From Octopus bimaculoides (Eukaryota), in NCBI RefSeq assembly GCF_001194135.2, contig NC_068999.1:50823987-50856102 (forward strand): a stretch of 32,116 nt of DNA, given 5' to 3'. Below, one piece after another: positions 22,544 through 32,116 of the stretch. A model generated the notes under the pieces. The model searched no databases and was not told where the DNA came from. It saw only the letters and a program-made list of their open reading frames with translations. Both the position numbers and the translations under genes were made by a program. Position 1 is the first letter of the stretch. Every line of letters begins with the position of its first letter.

Positions 22544-22773
22544 TTCATAATAATAATTTCAAATTTTCGTCACAAAGCCAGCAATTTCGTGGTAGAGAGT
22601 AAGTCAATTAATTTATATGGAGCTCGGTACTTCACTGGTACTCGTTTTATCGACACCCAAAAGATGAATTGCAAAGTCGACCTCGATGGAATTTGAACTC
22701 ACAACGTAAAGGCAGGACGAAATGCCGCTAAAAATTTTGACCAGCGTGCTAACGATTCTACCAGATTACTACC
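22505..22773 (-). mobile_element. SINE family A, full length, with expanded (ATT)n tail (reads AAT on +)
   Basis: tttcaaattttcgtcacaaagcc…gcaaagtcgacctcgatggaatttgaactc…ccagcgtgctaacgattctaccag. Confidence 0.88.
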
Positions 22774-22784
22774 CTAATACTAAT

Positions 22785-22812
22785 GTTAATAATGCTGCTG
22801 CTGCTGCTGCTG

Positions 22813-22870
<58 letters not shown>

Positions 22871-22905
22871 GACGACGACGACGACGACGATGACGACGAT
22901 GGCAA

Positions 22906-22951
<46 letters not shown>

Positions 22952-23200
22952 TAAATAAATAAAATTAGAAATGCAAAAATTCACCGTCGTCGTATCGTTG
23001 TTGTTGTTGTAGTGGTCATCGTCGATGTCGTCGTCATCATCGTCACTGTTGTCGTCGTCATTGTTTTCATCATTTTCCACTTTGTTGTCGTTAACATCCG
23101 AATTACCATCAGCTCCACTACAATGGTGCTGACACTGACGCTGTTTGTAGTAGAGGAGTTATTACTGTTGGTGGTGATGTTGTTGGTATTGACGGTTTGT
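22785..23200. repeat. Compound trinucleotide array (GCT)(ACT)(ACG)(AAT) followed by degenerate (GTC/GTT/ATC)n
   Basis: Direct reading. Confidence 0.9.
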
Positions 23201-23641
23201 TAAATAATTGCACTTGACAGAAGAAGAAGAGAATCACTGTTTCAATTAGCAGAAGTCGTATTACAAACATCGCTGTCACTGAACGGACTTCATCATTATT
23301 TCACAAGATCGTGTTGGGAGTCCCGAGCCTTTGTAAATCTAATCACGGCAAAATTAACGTTAGGTGGCGTCTGAAACCACGATGGAATCACATCGATACA
23401 TAACAAAATGATATTCATTGAAAAGTGGTACACGCTTTCAAATCACAATTATTCAACAGTGGGTGTTATATATAGATTATGAAGTAAGTTTAAGATAAGT
23501 TTTAACGAAATAATTGACACCCTGTCCTAAGAGTCTTATCATAAAACATTTGAATGTGGTCAATTTAAATGGAGATTAATATAACAAGAAAAATCGAACA
23601 GTACCGGAGATCAAATATTATGGAGTAGTAGTGTAATAAGT

Positions 23642-23726
23642 CGGCGGACAAGAAGAAACGTTAACGCGCCGGACAATCTGTTTATTGGCATTTCGCCTAT
23701 CTGTACATTATGCGTTCAAATTCCGC
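23642..23726 (+). mobile_element. Diverged SINE family A head only
   Basis: ggcggacaagaagaaacgttaacgcgccggac…ggcatttcgcct…gcgttcaaattccgc. Confidence 0.6.
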
Positions 23727-25363
23727 TGTTTTAAGACATAGAAACACAGAAAATCAAATGTTTCGCACATTTGCATAATGATACATAAGCTCGCACACAC
23801 AAACACACACACACACGCACGTACGGGCAAAAACGCACACGTACACACACATAATGAATTACAATTTATTTCAGTATGATATATATATATATATATATAT
23901 ATANNNNNNNNNNNNNNNNNNNNNNNNNNNNNNNNNNNNNNNNNNNNNNNNNNNNNNNNNNNNNNNNNNNNNNNNNNNNNNNNNNNNNNNNNNNNNNNNN
24001 NNNNNNNNNNNNNNNNNNNNNNNNNNNNNNNNNNNNNNNNNNNNNNNNNNNNNNNNNNNNNNNNNNNNNNNNNNNNNNNNNNNNNNNNNNNNNNNNNNNN
24101 NNNNNNNNNNNNNNNNNNNNNNNNNNNNNNNNNNNNNNNNNNNNNNNNNNNNNNNNNNNNNNNNNNNNNNNNNNNNNNNNNNNNNNNNNNNNNNNNNNNN
24201 NNNNNNNNNNNNNNNNNNNNNNNNNNNNNNNNNNNNNNNNNNNNNNNNNNNNNNNNNNNNNNNNNNNNNNNNNNNNNNNNNNNNNNNNNNNNNNNNNNNN
24301 NNNNNNNNNNNNNNNNNNNNNNNNNNNNNNNNNNNNNNNNNNNNNNNNNNNNNNNNNNNNNNNNNNNNNNNNNNNNNNNNNNNNNNNNNNNNNNNNNNNN
24401 NNNNNNNNNNNNNNNNNNNNNNNNNNNNNNNNNNNNNNNNNNNNNNNNNNNNNNNNNNNNNNNNNNNNNNNNNNNNNNNNNNNNNNNNNNNNNNNNNNNN
24501 NNNNNNNNNNNNNNNNNNNNNNNNNNNNNNNNNNNNNNNNNNNNNNNNNNNNNNNNNNNNNNNNNNNNNNNNNNNNNNNNNNNNNNNNNNNNNNNNNNNA
24601 TATGGAATATATAACTTCAAGTTTAGGTAAAATACTTAACCTCAGTATATCTAATACGATTGAACATTTTGACGATTTCACTTAAATTAAATTATTCGAC
24701 TGATCTCAGTTTAAAAGAGATTGAATAAAGTTGCTATTAATTGCCAGCATACGCGTAGATAGGTGTGTTGGCGGTGGAATATAAATCTAGAATAGCCAGA
24801 ATACTCTGTTTTATCGAACTATTATAAATGAGAGTGCTGAAGTCGTTTTAGGATTATTTGAATGATAGAATATATATATTTCAAATAGTTATCACCGTAA
24901 AATTCTGCGTTTGTACCCAAGTACGCAAAATACGCAGAGTAATAAAATAAACAAAGGCCATTTTAATTTAAATCTTATATATGTATGATTAACAAATGTT
25001 TCAGTAAATATCAAAGAGTTTTACTAATATATATTCGTATAACAAAATGACTATGAAAATCAATAAATAACTAGAAGTTTATATATACAAGTTAACACAC
25101 ATTCCACATTTGGAGAAAATCGAATTATATATGTGAATATGCATTTTGGATAATATGAATAGGTAAAATAATTGCGTATTTAGCAAAGTAGTAAATAGAT
25201 AGATTGAATAAAATATCTGTTCTGACAGGAGGCAATATAGAAATTGAAAGTGTAAATGAATTTAATGAGAATGGATGGAAGAACGTTTTAGAAAGAGGTG
25301 TTAATACTGCCTCGGTTGTGCAGAGCGCAGCGCATCGGTCTCATAACTAACAAATACCGAGCA

Positions 25364-25440
<77 letters not shown>

Positions 25441-25540
25441 GAGTCACCAGGTGAAATGANNNNNNNNNNNNNNNNNNNNNNNNNNNNNNNNNNNNNNNNN
25501 NNNNNNNNNNNNNNNNNNNNNNNNNNNNNNNNNNNNNNNN

Positions 25541-25574
<34 letters not shown>

Positions 25575-26735
25575 TGTGTGTGCGTGTGGGTGCGTGTAGA
25601 TGTGTGTCAAGTATATATATACACACACATATATCCATATATGTACAGGTGTATGCCTTATTTAATTTTGTGTATATGAAAGAGTATGTTCCTCCCTATG
25701 CATATTTAAAAAGTCATTATTTATATTTATGTGCGTGTATACAAATGTTTATACATACATACACACCTACACCCATCAATATTGTAATCTGCTGAATAGT
25801 TTCCTCAGTACGTCCTGTATATAATTCATATAATAATGTAAAATCATGGATTTTCTATATACAATTTATTACATCGTGCTGATTGCGTACGTATAACGTT
25901 TCTGCATCTCCTAACGTCAGATCTTTACCAGCATTGCATCAAATATTCTACCTATGTGTGCGTATTTTATTTGATCCAATGAAACATTATTAAATTCTTA
26001 TATACAATATCAATAGCTAACAGAAATATGTACTGTTCAGGAAATGTCAGTTTGACATTACGAAGTGAAACATAAATCAATTTCTAAATGTATACACCGT
26101 TTAATTATTCAGGAACGTGCACAGGTCGGAACATATAAAAGTACATACATACATGCATACATATACATATATATATGTATAAATATATATATATATGCAT
26201 ACATATACATATATATATATAAATATATATATATATGCATACATACANNNNNNNNNNNNNNNNNNNNNNNNNNNNNNNNNNNNNNNNNNNNNNNNNNNNN
26301 NNNNNNNNNNNNNNNNNNNNNNNNNNNNNNNNNNNNNNNNNNNNNNNNNNNNNNNNNNNNNNNNNNNNNNNNNNNNNNNNNNNNNNNNNNNNNNNNNNNN
26401 NNNNNNNNNNNNNNNNNNNNNNNNNNNNNNNNNNNNNNNNNNNNNNNNNNNNNNNNNNNNNNNNNNNNNNNNNNNNNNNNNNNNNNNNNNNNNNNNNNNN
26501 NNNNNNNNNNNNNNNNNNNNNNNNNNNNNNNNNNNNNNNNNNNNNNNNNNNNNNNNNNNNNNNNNNNNNNNNNNNNNNNNNNNNNNNNNNNNNNNNNNNN
26601 NNNNNNNNNNNNNNNNNNNNNNNNNNNNNNNNNNNNNNNNNNNNNNNNNNNNNNNNNNNNNNNNNNNNNNNNNNNNNNNNNNNNNNNNNNNNNNNNNNNN
26701 NNNNNNNNNNNNNNNNNNNNNNNNNNNNNNNNNNT

Positions 26736-26813
26736 GAAGATTTTGTTACCATTCATTTATCTTTCGAGAGAAATTGCAACCAGATTCTTGTTACGTTTGA
26801 CATTTCCCCAGAG
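26736..26813 (+). CDS. Candidate exon 3' part, start hidden in gap (EDFVTIHLSFERNCNQILVTFDISPE)
   Basis: Open frame from the gap edge to the donor GAG|gtaata at 26814; no family recognised. Confidence 0.18.
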
Positions 26814-27802
26814 GTAATATTTCACAGGCTCTTGATATGTGCTACCATCATTTTTATATATTATAAGTACGCAATTAAGTATGTCAGTGAGGGGCTGACA
26901 CGGCAGGTAGTAAAAATAAATACATAAATATATAGAATGAAAGAAAAATAAACGCATTTTATAAAATCCTTGATATAAAGCAAATTCCTCTATTGTCATT
27001 TCTGTCGTTTTGGTCAGAACATTCTGAGAAGTAATTAGCAGAACAGTAAAAGGATGTAAATGAGGATAAGTAAAGAATCACCCTCTAAACATATTTCTGC
27101 TTTTGATATAGTTCTCCCATACATGCATACGTACATACATACGTACGTTGGTATGTGTGTGTTTGTGCGTGCATATATAACAAAATGTTGATGTAACTCT
27201 TGGCAATAAAATGCAGAATACAGATATTTTGTAAAATTATATACTATATTAACTGTTAAGTACAAGTTATTCCAAATATTGAGACAAGAAGAAATACCAC
27301 AGAATTAATTGGTAACAAACCATCTGGATAAATAAGTGGGATATTTAAACGGTTAAAAAGTATATTAGTCAGTGACAGGAGTTCTTGTATTTTGTACACT
27401 ACCTAGACATTTTAAATAGTGTTTAAAATAAATACGTTAAAATTAAATTACCTACAATTTTAAAACCAAATGATGTTCCTGAATTATTTGAATTATAAAT
27501 AATTCTAGTATCCGAACATCGTGTACTTTTTATGTATTTACTTAATAATTGTTCCATCATTACTGTGAATGCAATTCTGCCATTCGGTAATGAGGTTGTA
27601 ACAAGGCTGAACATTGCTCAGAGCTGCTTCCCGTACTCAGCTAAAAACGAAAGTAGCGATAGCATTCTAAAGCCTCGTTGTCAGTTTCAGGTTTTGTGTT
27701 TTGCGATGCACATAAAAACGTTAATATATCTTAACTAAATGCAAGTTAGACAATGCGGGGATTTCAATCGACTTTACCACGCCTTCTCGTCCTATTCTTT
27801 TG

Positions 27803-27860
27803 TGATCATCATCATCATCATCATCATCTTCTTCTTCTTCTTCTTCTTCTTCTTCTTCTT

Positions 27861-27952
<92 letters not shown>

Positions 27953-27966
27953 CATTATTATTATTG

Positions 27967-28004
<38 letters not shown>

Positions 28005-28087
28005 TTCTTCTTCTTCTTCTTCTTATTATTATTATTATTATCATTATTATTATTGTCATCGTCATCATCATCATCATNNNNNNNNNN

Positions 28088-28131
<44 letters not shown>

Positions 28132-28145
28132 CATTATTATTATTG

Positions 28146-28183
<38 letters not shown>

Positions 28184-28237
28184 TTCTTCTTCTTCTTATT
28201 ATTATTATTATTATTATCATTATTATTATTGTCATCG

Positions 28238-28278
<41 letters not shown>

Positions 28279-28283
28279 TTCTT

Positions 28284-28314
<31 letters not shown>

Positions 28315-28368
28315 TTGTCATCGTCATCATCATCATCATCATCATCATCGTCATCAACATCATCATCA
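27803..28368. repeat. Higher-order compound microsatellite: about five cycles of (ATC)n(TTC)n(ATT)n-ATCATTATTATTATTGTC
   Basis: Direct reading; 10-N gap at 28078-28087. Confidence 0.9.
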
Positions 28369-29620
28369 TTAGTGGATTTGACACGATGTTTGTTTATCTG
28401 AGAAAATAATCCTTCATGGAAAAAATATTTTTTTTCCTTCGAATAGAAAATGTGGAAATAATGGCAGCATGTTTTATTCGTAAACAAAGGTGAAAAATAG
28501 CTTCCAGCCGAATTTTTTTTCTGCATATAGCCTTTTCAAGAGCGTGTCTTATATACACACCACTCACACGTAGACGTCCGCATCATACATGCACATACAT
28601 ACAGACATATACATGTATACATACATATATACATACATACATACATACATACATATACATATATATATATATATGTAGATATATATATANNNNNNNNNNN
28701 NNNNNNNNNNNNNNNNNNNNNNNNNNNNNNNNNNNNNNNNNNNNNNNNNNNNNNNNNNNNNNNNNNNNNNNNNNNNNNNNNNNNNNNNNNNNNNNNNNNN
28801 NNNNNNNNNNNNNNNNNNNNNNNNNNNNNNNNNNNNNNNNNNNNNNNNNNNNNNNNNNNNNNNNNNNNNNNNNNNNNNNNNNNNNNNNNNNNNNNNNNNN
28901 NNNNNNNNNNNNNNNNNNNNNNNNNNNNNNNNNNNNNNNNNNNNNNNNNNNNNNNNNNNNNNNNNNNNNNNNNNNNNNNNNNNNNNNNNNNNNNNNNNNN
29001 NNNNNNNNNNNNNNNNNNNNNNNNNNNNNNNNNNNNNNNNNNNNNNNNNNNNNNNNNNNNNNNNNNNNNNNNNNNNNNNNNNNNNNNNNNNNNNNNNNNN
29101 NNNNNNNNNNNNNNNNNNNNNNNNNNNNNNNNNNNNNNNNNNNNNNNNNNNNNNNNNNNNNNNNNNNNNNNNNNNNNNNNNNNNNNNNNNNNNNNNNNNN
29201 NNNNNNNNNNNNNNNNNNNNNNNNNNNNNNNNNNNNNNNNNNNNNNNNNNNNNNNNNNNNNNNNNNNNNNNNNNNNNNNNNNNNNNNNNNNNNNNNNNNN
29301 NNNNNNNNNNNNNNNNNNNNNNNNNNNNNNNNNNNNNNNNNNNNNNNNNNNNNNNNNNNNNNNNNNNNNNNNNNNNNNNNNNNNNNNNNNNNNNNNNNNN
29401 NNNNNNNNNNNNNNNNNNNNNNNNNNNNNNNNNNNNNNNNNNNNNNNNNNNNNNNNNNNNNNNNNNNNNNNNNNNNNNNNNNNNNNNNNNNNNNNNNNNN
29501 NNNNNNNNNNNNNNNNNNNNNNNNNNNNNNNNNNNNNNNNNNNNNNNNNNNNNNNNNNNNNNNNNNNNNNNNNNNNNNNNNNNNNNNNNNNNNNNNNNNN
29601 NNNNNNNNNNNNNNNNNNNN

Positions 29621-29670
<50 letters not shown>

Positions 29671-29688
29671 CATTATTATTATTAAAAT

Positions 29689-29905
29689 GTGGCGAGCTGG
29701 CTCAATTGTTAACCCGCCGGGCAAAAATTCTTACCGGCATTTCATCCGTCTTTACGTTCTGTGTTCAAATTCCGCCAAGGTCGACTTTGCCTTTCATCCT
29801 TCCGGGGTCAATAAATTAAGTACCAGTTGCATACTCGGCGATCAAATCGACTGCCCCCGCTTCCCCAAAATTTCAGGCCTCGTGCCTAGAGTAGAAAGGA
29901 TTATT
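29689..29905 (+). mobile_element. SINE family A, full length, embedded in (ATT)n
   Basis: ggcgagctggc…gttcaaattccgccaaggtcgactttgcctttcatccttccggggtcaataaattaagtaccag…aaatttcaggcctcgtgcctagagtagaaaggattatt. Confidence 0.92.
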
Positions 29906-30641
29906 GTTATTATCATAATTATCATCATTCTTATTGTTGTTATTTAATGAGCTGCTGCTGCTGTTGCTGCTGAGGTACGGCAAGTGTAAGTCTGATATAG
30001 TCATAAGTGCATGAAATTCTTGAGAGGCGGGGTAAGAGACACAGCTTGACCGTAACACAGCCAGATACCCTCAGTCTATAAACAGATTCAGCAGATGCTG
30101 GCCGAGGCCCATCAAGGGAGTGGTCACGCACCCATGCGGTCAGTGAAGGCCAACATATGTATTTACTACCACCACAGTCAAAAGGAGCGATGGCAGTCCT
30201 CGAAGAGACTAGACCTACGTTGTTCTGTTTCAATTACTGATTGAAAGGGAAAAATATACATGCATTGTTGATTTTTTTTTCCTTTTTACGATATTAAATG
30301 AAGCCTTGTTGTGGTTTACAGCTTTTGTGAGCCTGTAATTTGCAAATACCACAGATACTTAACTTCCTCGCTTGTTATCAGTTCTGGAAAGTACTCTGAC
30401 TTTCGCATTTTGGAGACGCTTCAATTTTTTTTTCTTGATACAAAAGAGAAATGTTTGTTTGTTCGAGAGGCTCGAAGAAAATAAGGGATTACAAATTCAT
30501 AAAGATGCGCTTATCTAAAACTTGCTGAAGTTTAGATTTCCGGAGGTGTTTTAGAATGTTTTTGCGATTATAGAGATATTTATATATAAGCGAATTATCA
30601 CAGAGAAAGAAATTTTAAATACTGACAGAAATTGTAGACAT

Positions 30642-31051
30642 TATTATTATTATTATTATTATTATTATGGTTTAGTAGTTTTATTTTTATAACGTGCTTT
30701 TACTTCACTACCGAGCGCAGCTCTGTGTGCCTTGGGTATTTGCTGTGGTTTGCTGTGATGCTCTTATGGTTACTGTATTGAAAGTGTTTTGCGTAGGATG
30801 TGTGCAGTGCCCAGTAGTGCAATTTTCTGTATGTTATATATATTTGTAAGTCCTGGTGTTTTTGTTATGTATTTGTCTGGATATTTTTTTATTATACTTA
30901 AGGCGTCTATTATGATAAGAATTGTTTCTGTTTTTAGATTCCACATTCGAGTTACCTCTATTTCCAGGTCTTTGTATTTTGAAAGTTTTTCCATTTCTTG
31001 TAGGGAAAAATTGTCATCTGCTGGTATTGATACATCAATTTGAAAGCAACC
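30642..31051 (-). mobile_element. RLE-type (R4/Dong-like) LINE, 5'-truncated; endonuclease C-terminus still open
   Basis: Minus strand 31048-30770 is an uninterrupted frame CFQIDVSIPADDNFSLQEMEKLSKYKDLEIEVTRMWNLKTET…QKIALLGTAHILRKTLSIQ*, carrying the D-x-x-x-P-x-D…K-x-x-K-Y pattern of the PD-(D/E)xK restriction-like endonuclease; 3' UTR then (TAA)n tail at 30642-30667. Confidence 0.9.
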
Positions 31052-31996
31052 CTGCCTTATATAACCGTCTCTCTATATATATTTGTATATATACTGACCC
31101 CGGTGAATAGTACAGATATGATGGAACGAGAAATCATGAAATGAGTAGTCTGAGTTTTGAATGCAGCAAATTACCAGTTGGTGAATGATTTATGAATCAC
31201 CCGACATTAGGAATTAGGCCGGTAGGGAGAACGTCATGACTATACAAACACTTCTAAGTAATGCAATATACCGTGTTTGATCAAATGTAGGCAACGTGGT
31301 TTCTATTCTAATCGTGTATATAATTTGGGACATTGAAAACGCATTTCATATTTTTATGATATTCATTAGTAATTTGTGAACACATTGCACCTTAAAATAC
31401 GTCCGTCACTTCCAGTGTATGTATACATGTATGTTTGAACAAACATGCACAACCACACATACACAAACACACGTACAAACACAAATACACGCACACACAC
31501 GTACACACGCATATGTATGTTTATACGCCCATCCGTCCATCCATACATATACAGATATTGAGACAGAAATTGTCACCTTGAATTCCTATCCTATAATGAT
31601 AAAATTCATGATAAGAATATACATGCTTATATGTTAAAGTGTGTCTGCGTATGTATGCATAAATGTACGTATGCATGTAGGCATGAATGCACGCATGCAT
31701 GTATGTGTGCATGTATGCATGTGTGTGTATGTATATGAAAATTCTTAGACAACAAGATGCGTTCATGCACGCAATTTCCATGAAATGGTGCTAATTATTC
31801 CTGTCTATGGGAATGTATTTCTTCATTAAAATAACAAGATAATAAAAAGGAACAAATATATCTCTATAAATATGATTCCAGCATCATTCAATTGCCTACA
31901 TAAGGGAAATTACAAAATACTTAAGCAATCGTGATGTAATCCACACACACACGTATATATATATATAATATATATATATATATAGTGTAGTATATT

Positions 31997-32116
31997 GCCA
32001 CTTAAGTGTGGCTGACCCCTAGGGGTGGATGTTACTGTTGCTTTTAGCCCCAGGAGGACAGCTCCTCCAGCTGGCTTATCGACACACGACTGTGTCCTGT
32101 TTGCCAAGGGAAGTTA
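31997..32116. other. GC-rich, structure-dense segment, probably the end of a repeat cut by the window edge
   Basis: Abrupt GC rise after (AT)n; palindromes cacttaagtg and cccctagggg; hairpin GGAGGA-cagc-TCCTCC. Confidence 0.4.

Noticed and set aside
10409-29724. Long ORFs running through N blocks
   Set aside because: Their length comes from assembly gaps translated as X.
1-32116. CRISPR array, operons or other prokaryotic systems
   Set aside because: No regularly spaced repeat-spacer structure or gene-dense coding; the sequence is clearly eukaryotic and repeat-rich.

Overview
AT-rich eukaryotic genomic DNA from a draft assembly, with about 4.5 kb of N in 11 gaps, nearly all flanked by microsatellite. 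The extreme microsatellite density and the SINE families point to an octopus/coleoid cephalopod genome (inference from recalled repeat sequences, not a database hit). None of the supplied ORFs is a credible intact gene. The window contains: (1) about 20 tRNA-derived SINE copies or fragments from at least four families, several with clean target-site duplications; (2) three 5'-truncated LINE 3' ends (one RTE-type, two different restriction-like-endonuclease R4/Dong-type); (3) a mariner-derived MITE; (4) many simple and compound repeats; (5) a few low-confidence exon candidates on the + strand. The most interesting item is a dispersed repeat (4-5 copies) whose reconstructed consensus folds into a minimal type I hammerhead ribozyme with a palindromic helix III and a CCGATGA core variant, suggesting a Penelope-like/retrozyme-type family. 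An inverted duplication at 18.3-18.6 kb, a B-box-less SINE with a perfect 13-bp TSD, a 33-nt SINE stub with a perfect 13-bp TSD, and candidate recursive splice sites also merit checks.
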